Assembly: GCA_039819365.1 (NCBI GenBank)
Contig: JBCBSD010000003.1
Span: 69,953-133,952 of the forward strand
Direction of reading: 5' to 3'
From: Pseudomonadota bacterium
GTDB taxonomy: Bacteria > Pseudomonadota > Alphaproteobacteria > Sphingomonadales > Sphingomonadaceae
DNA: 64,000 nt
This document shows positions 38,543 to 47,701 of this stretch, piece after piece. The notes under the pieces are model-generated. The model was not told the DNA's origin, ran no database searches, and saw only the letters and a program-made list of their open reading frames with translations. How positions within the stretch are numbered: position 1 is the first letter of the stretch; the number at the start of each line of letters is the position of its first letter. Made by a program: the position numbers and the translations under genes.

Positions 38543-39850
38543 ATGAGCGAATCTCTGCGCGTGGCGCTGGCGGGCCTGGGAACCGTGGGCGCGGGCGTCA
38601 TCAAGCTGCTCGACGAGAACCGCGAGATCATCGAGCGGCGCGCCGGCCGCCCAATCGAGATCACTGCGGTATCGGCGCGCGACCGCAGCCGGGATCGCGG
38701 CGTGGACCTTTCGCCCTTCGCCTGGGAGGATGATTCCGATGCGCTGGCGATGCGCGACGATGTCGATGTAGTGGCCGAGCTGATCGGCGGCGCGGACGGC
38801 CCGGCCCTCAACCTGGCGCGCGGCACGCTGAACGCCGGAAAATCATTCGTCACCGCCAACAAGGCGATGATCGCACATCACGGCCTCGAACTCGCAACCA
38901 TCGCGGAACAGGCCAAGGTGGCGCTGAAATATGAGGCGGCGGTTGCCGGCGGCATTCCGGTCATCAAGGGGCTGCGCGAGGGCGCGGCGGCGAACGCCAT
39001 CACTTCGGTCTACGGCATCCTCAACGGGACCTGCAATTACATCCTGACCGAAATGGAAGCGAAGGGCAGCGACTTTGCGGACGTCCTCGCAGACGCGCAG
39101 GCGCTCGGCTATGCCGAGGCAGACCCAACCTTCGACATAGACGGCGTGGACGCTGCGCACAAGCTGGCGATCCTGGCCAGCCTGGCCTTCGGGACCGAGC
39201 TGGACTTCGATGCCGTTGCGACGAGCGGGATCCGCCAGGTAATCGCTGAGGACATCGTCGAGGCCCGGGCGCTCGGGTTCAAGGTGCGGCTCGTCGGTAC
39301 CGCGGAAACGAGCAGCGGCAAGCTGTTCCAGCGCGTTCATTGCTGCCTCGTGCCGCGTACCCATCCGCTGGCCCATGTCGCCGGATCGCTGAACGCCGTC
39401 GTGGCGCAGGGCAATTTCGTGGGGCGGCTGTTCTTTGAGGGCGCGGGCGCGGGCGAAGGCCCGACGGCGAGCGCCGTCGTCGCGGACCTGATCGACGTCG
39501 CGCGCGGCGAATATGGCCCGGCCTTCGCCATGCCGTCCGCCAGATTGACGCAGGCCGGACCGGCCGATGCCGGGGACCGTCGCGGCCGCGCCTATCTGCG
39601 CTTTGCCGTGCATGATCGGCCCGGGGTTCTCGCCGATATCACAGCGGCGATGCGCGACGCCAATGTCTCGATCGAGAGCATGATCCAGCGCGGCGGCGCG
39701 GAACCGACCGAGGATAGCGACGATATCGTCAATCTGATCATGGTGACCCATGAAGGGCCGGAACGCTGCGTCGCGGATGCGCTGGAACGGCTGCGCGGTT
39801 CGCAAAGCCTCGCGGGCGAACCGATGCTCATGCATATTCTGGACCTTTAG
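38543..39850 (+). CDS. hom: homoserine dehydrogenase
   Basis: It carries LRVALAGLGTVGAGVIKLL, GILNGTCNYILT and a C-terminal ACT domain (YLRFAVHDRPGVLADITAAM). An alternative ATG is at 38522. Confidence 0.95.
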   Translation: MSESLRVALAGLGTVGAGVIKLLDENREIIERRAGRPIEITAVSARDRSRDRGVDLSPFAWEDDSDALAMRDDVDVVAELIGGADGPALNLARGTLNAGKSFVTANKAMIAHHGLELATIAEQAKVALKYEAAVAGGIPVIKGLREGAAANAITSVYGILNGTCNYILTEMEAKGSDFADVLADAQALGYAEADPTFDIDGVDAAHKLAILASLAFGTELDFDAVATSGIRQVIAEDIVEARALGFKVRLVGTAETSSGKLFQRVHCCLVPRTHPLAHVAGSLNAVVAQGNFVGRLFFEGAGAGEGPTASAVVADLIDVARGEYGPAFAMPSARLTQAGPADAGDRRGRAYLRFAVHDRPGVLADITAAMRDANVSIESMIQRGGAEPTEDSDDIVNLIMVTHEGPERCVADALERLRGSQSLAGEPMLMHILDL

Positions 39851-39867
39851 GGAAAGCTGGCAGCGCG

Positions 39868-40353
39868 ATGAGCGACACGATCGATATCTTTACGACGGGC
39901 GGGACCATCGACAAGGTCTATTTCGACGCGCTTTCGGAATATCAGGTCGGCCCCACGGCGGTCGCCGATATCCTGCGCGAGAATAATGTCCAGTGCGATC
40001 ACCGTGTGACGCAGTTGATGCGCAAGGACAGCCTCGAACTGACCGATGAAGATCGGGCGACGATCCGGGCGGCAGCGGAAGAGAGCGAGGCGGACCGCAT
40101 CCTGATCACCCATGGCACCGATACGATGGTGGAAACCGCGCGAATGCTGGGCGGCGTTGGTGGCAAGACGATCGTCCTGACCGGCGCGCTCCAGCCGGCA
40201 ACGCTCAAGCACAGCGATGCCGAATTCAATATCGGTTTCGCGCTTGCGGCGGTGCAGGCGCTGCCGCCCGGCGTCTATGTCGCGATGAACGGCCGGATCT
40301 TCGATCCGGCCACCGTGCGGAAGGATCGCGCCGCCAAACGGTTTATCGACTGA
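39868..40353 (+). CDS. stand-alone asparaginase N-terminal-domain protein
   Basis: It carries IFTTGGTIDK (the catalytic Thr motif) and ILITHGTDTM. It is only 161 aa and has no asparaginase C-terminal domain. Confidence 0.75.
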   Translation: MSDTIDIFTTGGTIDKVYFDALSEYQVGPTAVADILRENNVQCDHRVTQLMRKDSLELTDEDRATIRAAAEESEADRILITHGTDTMVETARMLGGVGGKTIVLTGALQPATLKHSDAEFNIGFALAAVQALPPGVYVAMNGRIFDPATVRKDRAAKRFID

Positions 40354-40452
40354 GACGGACCGGTCTTTTCGTGAAACCGGGGATGTCATTTCTCGACAAT
40401 ATCGCGGCGCTAGCTTATCGCGCGCGCATACCGACGGAAGGATAACCGGATA

Positions 40453-41430
40453 ATGCCGAAAGCCAGCGAAGTACTGGATCGCGTACTCGTTCTCGAAATG
40501 GTCCGCGTGACCGAAGCGGCCGCGATCGCCGCGTCCAGGCTGATCGGCCGCGGCAACGAAAAAGCGGCCGACGCCGCCGCCGTCGAGGCGATGCGCGACG
40601 CGTTCAACGGACTCGATTTCGATGGGACGGTCGTGATCGGCGAAGGCGAACGCGACGAGGCGCCGATGCTCTATATCGGCGAGAAGGTCGGCCGCGCGGC
40701 CAAGGGTGCGCCCAAGGTGGATATAGCGCTCGATCCGCTCGAAGGCACGACGATCACGGCGAAGGCCGGTGCCAATGCACTCGCCGTGCTGGCGATTGCC
40801 GAGCAGGGCTGTCTGCTCAATGCGCCCGACACCTATATGGACAAGCTGGCCATCGGGCCGGGCTATCCGAAGGGCACGATCGACCTCTCCAAGTCGGTCA
40901 CCGAGAATATCGAATCGATCGCCAAGGCCAAGGGGGTAAAGCCCAACGAGATCATCGCCTGCGTGCTCGATCGTCCGCGCCACGAGGCGCTGATCGCCGA
41001 GCTGCGCGAAATCGGCTGCGGCGTCCAGCTGATCCCCGACGGCGATGTCGCGGGCGTAATCGCGACGACCGACGAGGATACGACGATCGATGTCTATATG
41101 GGCCAGGGCGGCGCACCCGAAGGTGTACTTGCTGCGGCGGCGCTGCGCTGCGTCGGCGGGCAGTTCCAGGGCCGGCTCGTCTTCCGCAACGACGACGAAA
41201 AGGCCCGCGCCCGCAAATGGGGCATCCCGGACGAGGAATTCGACCGGATCTACAGCCTCAAGGAACTAGCCAAGGGCGACGTCATCTTCGCCGCAACCGG
41301 CGTCACGGACGGCTCGATGCTCGACGGCGTCAAGCGCCTGCGCAAAGGCTGTATGACCACCGAAAGTGTCGTGATGCGCGCCTCATCGGGCACGGTCCGC
41401 TGGGTGAAGGGCGAGCATTACAAGGTATAG
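40453..41430 (+). CDS. glpX: class II fructose-1,6-bisphosphatase
   Basis: It carries LEMVRVTEAAAIAASRLIGRGNEKAADAAAVEAMR, IGEGERDEAPML and DPLEGTT. Confidence 0.96.
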   Translation: MPKASEVLDRVLVLEMVRVTEAAAIAASRLIGRGNEKAADAAAVEAMRDAFNGLDFDGTVVIGEGERDEAPMLYIGEKVGRAAKGAPKVDIALDPLEGTTITAKAGANALAVLAIAEQGCLLNAPDTYMDKLAIGPGYPKGTIDLSKSVTENIESIAKAKGVKPNEIIACVLDRPRHEALIAELREIGCGVQLIPDGDVAGVIATTDEDTTIDVYMGQGGAPEGVLAAAALRCVGGQFQGRLVFRNDDEKARARKWGIPDEEFDRIYSLKELAKGDVIFAATGVTDGSMLDGVKRLRKGCMTTESVVMRASSGTVRWVKGEHYKV

Positions 41431-41443
41431 GTTACGCACTGCC

Positions 41444-42787
41444 ATGGCCCAGACCCGGTTCCGCCTATCCCGCTGGATTTCCTCCCTGGGCCTGTCCCCC
41501 GATAACATTGCAGACGTGGCGGCTAGCGCACCCGAAGGCGCGCGGATCGCGATTATCGGCGCCGGCGCTGCCGGGCTCTATGCGGGCAAGACACTCCACG
41601 ATCACGGCATCGATTTCACGATATTCGAAGCGTCTCACAGCATCGGCGGCAGGCTCGGGAAGAGCACCGAACTGACGGACATGCCGGTCGATCTCGGCGC
41701 CGAATGGATCCATGGCCATCGCACGCTGACCTATAAACTGGCGCGGAAAGCCGGCGCCGATATCCTCGAAGACGAGAGCGAACTGGCGCTCTGGTTCGAC
41801 AATCGGCTGCACGCTGAAACGCGAATGCCGAAAGAATTTCGCACGCTTTATGCAAGGGCCATGAAAGGCCGAGGGCCCGGTAGAGACCTGACGCTGACGG
41901 ATTGGGCCATTTCGGAGCGACTTCCCGCCGAGCAGATGGCCCTACTCCCGGCACTTGCCAACGACACTGGGGGATCGCCCGATCGCGTGTCGATCTATTC
42001 CGCGATTCGCGAAGAAAGCCGCAGCAGGTCGGGCGACGAAGACTATAAGGTGCGCGACCGGACCTATTTCGATCTCGTCCATGATCTCATTGCCGAGCCG
42101 ATTGGGGATCATATCGTCACGGACGCTCCGGTCGAACGGATCGGCTATGACGAGACCGGCGTTACGCTCACCATCGGCGGCAAGCAGCATCGGTTCGACC
42201 GCGCGATCCTCACCCCGTCCGTCAATGTCCTCAAATCCGGCCGCATCGCCTTCGAACCTGCCCTGCCCGCGCCCAAGATCGAGGCGATCGGCAAGATCGG
42301 CATGGAGGCGGGCCACAAGATGTTCCTGGCGTTCGCCGAGGACTTTTTCGGCGAGCAGGAAGTTGCCGGCGGAGCAGTCGGCAACCTCTATTACGATGCC
42401 CGTGTCGGCAAGAGCTGCGATCGCCTGACCATCGGCGTGTTCACGACGGGCGAACGCGCGCAGGCGATGAGCGATATGGGCCGCGAGGGCGCGATCTCCG
42501 CGGTGATCGACGATCTCGACCGTATCTTCGGCGGGCAGGCATCGGAAACATTCACCGGCGACGCCGTGGTGCAGGACTGGACGACTAAACCTTTCGTACT
42601 TGGCAGCTATTCCTATCCGACCGTCGGCATGGGCGATGCCCGCGAAGCGCTGGCCGCGCCGGTGGCGGGCGAACTGTTCTTCGCCGGCGAAGCGACCCAT
42701 TGCGACGGCGAGAGCGCGACCGTGCACGGCGCGATGGAAACCGGCGAACGCGCGGCGCTGGAGGCCGCGCGGTCTTTTGCCGCGTAG
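41444..42787 (+). CDS. flavin-containing amine oxidase family protein
   Basis: It has the Rossmann dinucleotide motif IAIIGAGAAGLYAG...IFEASHSIGGRL and the C-terminal FAGEAT motif of the amine oxidase family. Confidence 0.85.
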   Translation: MAQTRFRLSRWISSLGLSPDNIADVAASAPEGARIAIIGAGAAGLYAGKTLHDHGIDFTIFEASHSIGGRLGKSTELTDMPVDLGAEWIHGHRTLTYKLARKAGADILEDESELALWFDNRLHAETRMPKEFRTLYARAMKGRGPGRDLTLTDWAISERLPAEQMALLPALANDTGGSPDRVSIYSAIREESRSRSGDEDYKVRDRTYFDLVHDLIAEPIGDHIVTDAPVERIGYDETGVTLTIGGKQHRFDRAILTPSVNVLKSGRIAFEPALPAPKIEAIGKIGMEAGHKMFLAFAEDFFGEQEVAGGAVGNLYYDARVGKSCDRLTIGVFTTGERAQAMSDMGREGAISAVIDDLDRIFGGQASETFTGDAVVQDWTTKPFVLGSYSYPTVGMGDAREALAAPVAGELFFAGEATHCDGESATVHGAMETGERAALEAARSFAA

Positions 42788-42819
42788 CGGATCAGTCAGA
42801 CCAAGACGACCGATACGTT

Positions 42820-42857
42820 GGAAAAGCCCCGGGGAGGGTCGCAGGCTCCCCGGGGCT
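42820..42857 (-). terminator. GC-rich hairpin between convergent genes (probable terminator of the methyltransferase gene)
   Basis: It is an 11-bp perfect stem AGCCCCGGGGA/TCCCCGGGGCT with an 11-nt loop. Only a short U tract (UUUC) follows on the minus strand. Confidence 0.45.
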
Positions 42858-42874
42858 CGCTGTCTGCGCCGGGT

Positions 42875-43975
42875 TCAGGGGCGGCAGACGAAATACATGC
42901 TCTGGATATCGTGCGGCAGGCGATGGGTTTCGATCGTGCCGAAGCCCGCATCCTTGAGCATCGCGATGGCCAGCTGCTCGCCCCAGGCCGCGCCGAGACC
43001 GACGCCGCCTTGCGCGAGCGACACCGTCATGCAGTGCATGCAGGAGATCGTGTAGGTGAAGGTGCCGAGCGGATTGTCGATATTGTCGGCCACCGGCGTC
43101 TGCGCGTCGATTTCCTGGACCAGATAGACGCCATCATCCTTCAGCAAACGCCGGATATGGCCGAGCACGACGGCGGGATGCGCCTGATCGTGCACGGCAT
43201 CGAAGGTGCAGATCAGGTCGAACTGCGCGTCGCCCTCGAGCAGCGTCGCGTCCTGCTTCTCGAAGCTGACATTTTCGAGACCGAGGTCGGCCGCTTCCGC
43301 GAGCGCCCGGACGATGGTTTCCTCGCACAGGTCGTAACCGGTGAAGCGGCTGTTCGGGTAGAGCGAAGCCATGCGGTTGAGCGCGCGGCCCGCGCCGCAG
43401 CCGATATCCGCAACGTCGATGCCTGTTTCCAGTCGTTCGACGAGACCCGGCGCCATCGGCAGGATCGCCTCTTCGAGCATGGCGACAACCGTGCCGTCGC
43501 TCTCTTCGGCCATGCATTCGTGAAACCGGTCATAGGCCTCGTAGGGAACGCCGCCGCCATTGCGAAAACAGTCGACGATGCGGTCTTCGACGCCGCCGAG
43601 CACGGCGATAAACTGGAACATCCCCGCCATATTGGCGATCGCCGCATCGTTTCCGAGGAACGCGGCGTGATCGGCCGGCAGCGTGAAGCGGTCGCTCGAC
43701 GCGTCCGTCCGAACGATCCCGGCCGTCGTCATCGCGCCCAGCCATTCACGGACATAGCGTTCGTCGAGACCGGCTTTTGCGGCCAGCTCTCCGCTGGTCA
43801 CGGCTTTGCCATCCTGCATCGCATCGAACAGTCCGACACGATGGCCGATCGAAATCATCAGCGCGGCGGAGGCATGGTTGATGGTTGCCAGCAGCTCTTC
43901 GGAAAAGGCTTGCTGGCCGGGCGTCATGTCCGACTGCGCCGGAACTTCCGGTGCCAGGGTCATGGAATTGCACAT
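42875..43975 (-). CDS. class I SAM-dependent methyltransferase with N-terminal winged-helix domain (Rv2258c-like)
   Basis: It has an N-terminal wHTH (GLFDAMQDGKAVTSGELAAKAGLDERYVREWLGAMTTAGIV) and motif I VADIGCGAGRAL. GAGGAG is 8 nt upstream of the ATG. Confidence 0.85.
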   Translation of the reverse strand: MCNSMTLAPEVPAQSDMTPGQQAFSEELLATINHASAALMISIGHRVGLFDAMQDGKAVTSGELAAKAGLDERYVREWLGAMTTAGIVRTDASSDRFTLPADHAAFLGNDAAIANMAGMFQFIAVLGGVEDRIVDCFRNGGGVPYEAYDRFHECMAEESDGTVVAMLEEAILPMAPGLVERLETGIDVADIGCGAGRALNRMASLYPNSRFTGYDLCEETIVRALAEAADLGLENVSFEKQDATLLEGDAQFDLICTFDAVHDQAHPAVVLGHIRRLLKDDGVYLVQEIDAQTPVADNIDNPLGTFTYTISCMHCMTVSLAQGGVGLGAAWGEQLAIAMLKDAGFGTIETHRLPHDIQSMYFVCRP

Positions 43976-43983
43976 GTCGAATA

Positions 43984-44009
43984 CTCCTCATTGGCGGATC
44001 AATGAGGAG
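43984..44009 (-). promoter_or_regulatory. hairpin that sequesters the Shine-Dalgarno of the methyltransferase mRNA
   Basis: The minus-strand RNA reads CUCCUCAUU-GAUCCGCC-AAUGAGGAG. This is a perfect 9-bp stem whose 3' arm contains the GAGGAG located 8 nt before AUG 43975. Confidence 0.45.
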
Positions 44010-44079
44010 CGTATGTCAGCCGATCGTTGGAGCCAGCGTTGGAGCGAGCGTGGAAAGTGACACGCCCGCCTCGCTTCGT

Positions 44080-44116
44080 CTCAGAAAACCCCCAGCTCAA
44101 GCCCGGCTGCAAGCGC
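44080..44116. repeat. direct repeat A: relic copy of the 3' end of the flavodoxin-like gene
   Basis: It is 36/37 identical to 45365-45401. On the minus strand it would read ...[11 protein letters not shown]-stop, the same C-terminus as CDS 45366-45857. Confidence 0.9.
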
Positions 44117-44147
44117 CGACTCCCCGCCCGTTTGCCGCGGAGCTCCA

Positions 44148-44176
44148 TTGACCACATATGTGTATTATTGTATTAG
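44148..44176 (+). promoter_or_regulatory. sigma70-like promoter predicting a leaderless transcript of CDS 44183
   Basis: It reads TTGACC (44148-44153) - 17 nt - TATTAG (44171-44176). The ATG at 44183 begins 7 nt after the -10 hexamer, and there is no SD in between. The local DNA is AT-rich. Confidence 0.4.
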
Positions 44177-44182
44177 TTCACC

Positions 44183-45358
44183 ATGACTGATGCTATCGCA
44201 AATCTCTCCAGAGGTTTCACGGCCCTGCTGTGTGCAATGCTCCTATCCGCGGCGGCTTCTGCGCAGCTTTCTTCCGAGAATTTCGAATTCAAGCAGATTT
44301 CTTCGGGCACGAACCGGCCGGGGGTAAGTCTCGACGATCTGACGCGCGATATCGTCCTGATCGTGAATGCGGGTAATACGCTCGCCGACTTGGCAGGCAC
44401 GGGCTCTCACGACGTTGCCGATATCGAGGAGCGCGCAGCCGCCCTCGCCGAAGAAGGGTTGCTCAGGGAGCGATCGGACGGGAGTTTCGCGCTCGCTTTT
44501 CCTGTGATGACGCTCGCCGAGACACCGGAATCGATGCCGGTACCATCCACGCTTATCGATAACAGCGTCGCGCTGATCACCGCCCATCTGCCGGAGGTTC
44601 GTACCGGCTATGCGCAATTGGCAGGGTTCGAACATGTGGCGTTCGAGGAGTCCTCGTTGCTGATCCTCAGTAACGTCTTGCTCGACAACTGGCAGATCAA
44701 CGGCATCGAAGCGGACATCTTGGGAACCGAACGGCCGGCGCGCGGCGGGGGCAACTATTATCTGGCGTTGATGGAAAAAAGCGGTCCGGAGGAAGAGGCT
44801 TTCGGCATTTATGGGAACCACTTCACCATGCTCGACGGTTTGGCGGTCGGGCTGTATGGCAACCGCCGATATTCCGGCCCGGCGAACATCATCAATCTCC
44901 CTGATGCGGAAACTCTTGCGGCCCGGCTTGGGACAGATGCCGATGTCGCGCCTGCCGCTGTACGCCAGCGGCTCGCCGAAACGCTGCATGCCCTGCATCG
45001 CGACTCCGGGCACGAAGCAGTTGCAGGCGAGATTACGCTGCTCCGCGAATTCGGCCTGATCGACGAAGACAATCGCGTGCTAATCCCGGTTTTCGGAATG
45101 GCGGTCTATGAAGCCCTGTCCGAGATGGCGAACGCCTTCCGTCCGGAATTGGCAGCCCTGTTGCAGGCGCATCTGCCGGAGCTGCAAACGCACTATGAGC
45201 GATCACCCTATGCCGCCAATGGGGTCAGCTTCGAAGAGTATTTCATCTGGTGGTACCATCTCTATTATTCGCGCGTGACCGATGCGTTGGCCGAAAGCGG
45301 CGAAATACGGATACCGGCGACGGTCAACACGACCTATCTCGGTGTGCTGACCGAATAG
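44183..45358 (+). CDS. hypothetical secreted protein (391 aa)
   Basis: It has a signal-like N-terminus (FTALLCAMLLSAAASAQ) and no domain I recognise. More A/T-ending and rare codons (aga, agg, cta) appear than in neighbours, by eye. Confidence 0.6.
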   Translation: MTDAIANLSRGFTALLCAMLLSAAASAQLSSENFEFKQISSGTNRPGVSLDDLTRDIVLIVNAGNTLADLAGTGSHDVADIEERAAALAEEGLLRERSDGSFALAFPVMTLAETPESMPVPSTLIDNSVALITAHLPEVRTGYAQLAGFEHVAFEESSLLILSNVLLDNWQINGIEADILGTERPARGGGNYYLALMEKSGPEEEAFGIYGNHFTMLDGLAVGLYGNRRYSGPANIINLPDAETLAARLGTDADVAPAAVRQRLAETLHALHRDSGHEAVAGEITLLREFGLIDEDNRVLIPVFGMAVYEALSEMANAFRPELAALLQAHLPELQTHYERSPYAANGVSFEEYFIWWYHLYYSRVTDALAESGEIRIPATVNTTYLGVLTE

Positions 45359-45364
45359 CGAAGC

Positions 45365-45401
45365 CTCAGAAAACCCCCAGCTCAAGCCCGGCGGCAAGCG
45401 C
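45365..45401. repeat. direct repeat B (functional 3' end of the flavodoxin-like gene)
   Basis: It is 36/37 identical to 44080-44116, and weaker similarity continues ~15-20 nt further. Confidence 0.9.
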
Positions 45402-45857
45402 GGCGCCGATTTCCCGGCACTGAGCAAGATGGGTTTCGGGAATCGTCTTCTCCGCCAAAATCTCTTCCTTGGTTTGCGCATGGGTGCAGATTATCGGCGT
45501 GTCGGCGATCTTTTTGAGCCGCCAGCCGGTGGCGATGCGCTCTAACTGTTTGCGCGCATTCTCGCCGTCCGAACCGGCGCAGATCATCGCCGCATAAGGC
45601 CGACCTTCGATCTTGCCGAGGACGGGATAATAGCAGCGATCGAAAAAGGCCTTCATCACGCCGGCGATCGCGGCGAGGTTTTCGGGCGTGGCGAACAGAT
45701 AGCCATCGGCGGCGAGCAGGTCCTCCGGCTGCGCATCGGGCGCTTCCTTGACGATCACATCGGCGCCGTCTGCCTCCCGCGCCGCATCGGCTGCCGCCTC
45801 GGCCATCTGGCGGGTGCCGCCGGTCATGCTGTGATAGACGATCAGCAAGCGCGCCAC
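45366..45857 (-). CDS. flavodoxin-like fold NAD(P)H-dependent oxidoreductase family protein
   Basis: It carries [23 protein letters not shown] (FMN-binding loop). GTG 45857 is preceded by AAGGAA and lies 2 nt after the permease stop. The rest of track ORF 45366-46559 is an out-of-frame shadow of the permease gene. Confidence 0.75.
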   Translation of the reverse strand: MARLLIVYHSMTGGTRQMAEAAADAAREADGADVIVKEAPDAQPEDLLAADGYLFATPENLAAIAGVMKAFFDRCYYPVLGKIEGRPYAAMICAGSDGENARKQLERIATGWRLKKIADTPIICTHAQTKEEILAEKTIPETHLAQCREIGAALAAGLELGVF

Positions 45858-45859
45858 GG

Positions 45860-46621
45860 CTATTCCTTGAGCCGGTAGCCGGTGCGGAAGATCCAGATCA
45901 CGAGGCTGAGGCAGATGACGAGGAAAACGCCGGTGATGCCGAGGCTGAGCCCGATACTGACATCGCCCTCGCCGTAAAAGCTCCAACGGAAGCCGCTCAC
46001 AAGATAGACGACCGGGTTGAACAGGCTGATCGTCCGCCAGAGCTCGGGCAGCATGTTTATCGAGTAGAAGGCGCCGCCGAGAAAGGTGAGCGGGGTGACG
46101 ATCAGCATCGGGATGAAGGAAAGCTGTTCGAAGCCGTCCGCCCAGATGCCGATGATGAAGCCGAACAGGCTGAAGGTGACAGCCGTCAGCACGAGAAACG
46201 CCACCATCGCCAGCGGATGCTCTATCCGGACGTCGACGAACAAATTGGCGGTAGCGAGAATGATCAGGCCGAGCAGGATCGACTTGGTCGCCGCGGCGCC
46301 GACATAGCCCATGACCAGCTCTATCGGCGACATTGGTGCGGAGAGCATTTCGTACACCGTGCCGGTGAATTTCGGGAAATAGATGGCGAAGGAGGCGTTG
46401 GAGATGCTCTGCGTCAGCAGCGACAGCATGATGAGCCCGGGCACGATGAACGCGCCATAATCGACCCCGCCGATATCCTCCATCCGCGATCCGATCGCGC
46501 TGCCGAAAACGACGAAATAGAGCACAGTCGTGATGACCGGCGTGACGATGCTTTGCCACAGCGTCCGCCAGGTCCGCTGCATCTCATAGGTATAGAGCGC
46601 CCAGACGCCGCGCACATTCAT
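45860..46621 (-). CDS. ABC-2 type transporter permease
   Basis: It is a 253-aa six-TM protein with a typical ABC-2 N-terminus ([34 protein letters not shown]). It has an ATGA overlap with the ATPase gene. Confidence 0.88.
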   Translation of the reverse strand: MNVRGVWALYTYEMQRTWRTLWQSIVTPVITTVLYFVVFGSAIGSRMEDIGGVDYGAFIVPGLIMLSLLTQSISNASFAIYFPKFTGTVYEMLSAPMSPIELVMGYVGAAATKSILLGLIILATANLFVDVRIEHPLAMVAFLVLTAVTFSLFGFIIGIWADGFEQLSFIPMLIVTPLTFLGGAFYSINMLPELWRTISLFNPVVYLVSGFRWSFYGEGDVSIGLSLGITGVFLVICLSLVIWIFRTGYRLKE

Positions 46622-47568
46622 GCCGCGTGCTCCTCTTCGGGCGCGGATTCTTCATGTACGAGGCCGACAAAAATATCCTCCAGCGAGCTTTTCGACGTAT
46701 CGAGATCGGCGAACCCGATGCCGAGTTCGCCCATCGTCTTGAGCAGCGAGGGGATGCCCGTGCGTTCGTCATTGGCATCGAAGGTGTAGATCAGGCAGTG
46801 GCCTTCATCGGCCAGTTCGAGCTGCCATTCGCCCAGGGCGTCGGGCACGGCATCCATCGGCTCATTGAGCGTCAGCGTGAGTTGCCGCTTACCGAGCTTG
46901 CGCATGATCGCCGCCGTTTCCTCGACGACGATAATCTCGCCCTTGCGGATCACGCCGACCCTGTCCGCCATCTCCTCCGCTTCTTCGATGTAATGCGTGG
47001 TCAGGATGATCGTGACGCCGCGCTCGCGCAGCCCGCGCACAAGGTTCCACATATTGCGGCGCAGCTCGACATCGACGCCGGCCGTCGGCTCGTCGAGGAA
47101 CAGGATTTCGGGTTCGTGGGAAAGCGCCTTGGCGATCATCACCCGGCGCTTCATGCCGCCCGACAATTCCATGATCTTCGCGTCGCGCTTGTCCCAGAGC
47201 GAGAGGTCCTTGAGCAGCTGTTCGATATAGGCCTTGTCGCGCGGCTTTCCGAACAGCCCGCGGCTGAAATTCACCGTCGCCCAGACCGTCTCGAACGTGT
47301 CGGTGCTGATCTCCTGCGGCACGAGCCCGATCATCTTGCGCGCTTTTTTGAAATCGCGAATCACGTCGTGCCCGCCCGCCATCATCGTGCCGGATGTCGG
47401 CGTCACGATGCCGCATACGGCGCTGATCAGCGTCGTCTTGCCCGCGCCGTTCGGCCCGAGCAGCGCGAAAATCTCGCCCGGCGCGATGTCCAGGCTGACA
47501 TCGTCGAGCGCCTTCACTCCGCCATCATAGGTCTTGCACAGATTGGAGATGGATATGATCGGCTGCAT
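46618..47568 (-). CDS. ABC transporter ATP-binding protein
   Basis: It has Walker [10 protein letters not shown], the signature LSGGMKRR and Walker [13 protein letters not shown]. The start was chosen at [10 protein letters not shown]. Confidence 0.93.
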   Translation of the reverse strand: MQPIISISNLCKTYDGGVKALDDVSLDIAPGEIFALLGPNGAGKTTLISAVCGIVTPTSGTMMAGGHDVIRDFKKARKMIGLVPQEISTDTFETVWATVNFSRGLFGKPRDKAYIEQLLKDLSLWDKRDAKIMELSGGMKRRVMIAKALSHEPEILFLDEPTAGVDVELRRNMWNLVRGLRERGVTIILTTHYIEEAEEMADRVGVIRKGEIIVVEETAAIMRKLGKRQLTLTLNEPMDAVPDALGEWQLELADEGHCLIYTFDANDERTGIPSLLKTMGELGIGFADLDTSKSSLEDIFVGLVHEESAPEEEHAA

Positions 47569-47701
47569 GGCGGCTCTCTGCACGTCCCTTGGCGCCGGTT
47601 CAAGCCGACAGCGGTCGCAAGGTGAGGCCGTGCGGATTTGCAATCTTAACGCAACGGTCGGAGACGGGTAACCAAAGAGGTCGGAGGGGAGAATAATAGC
47701 C

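Noticed and set aside
40354-40452. I considered GACCGGTC followed by TTTT after the asparaginase-like gene as a terminator.
   Set aside because: It is an 8-bp self-complementary word with no loop, so it is not a credible hairpin.
45858-46559. This is the upstream 234 codons of the 397-aa track ORF 45366-46559.
   Set aside because: It overlaps the ABC-2 permease in another frame and has an Arg/His-rich nonsense composition. The real flavodoxin-like CDS starts at GTG 45857.
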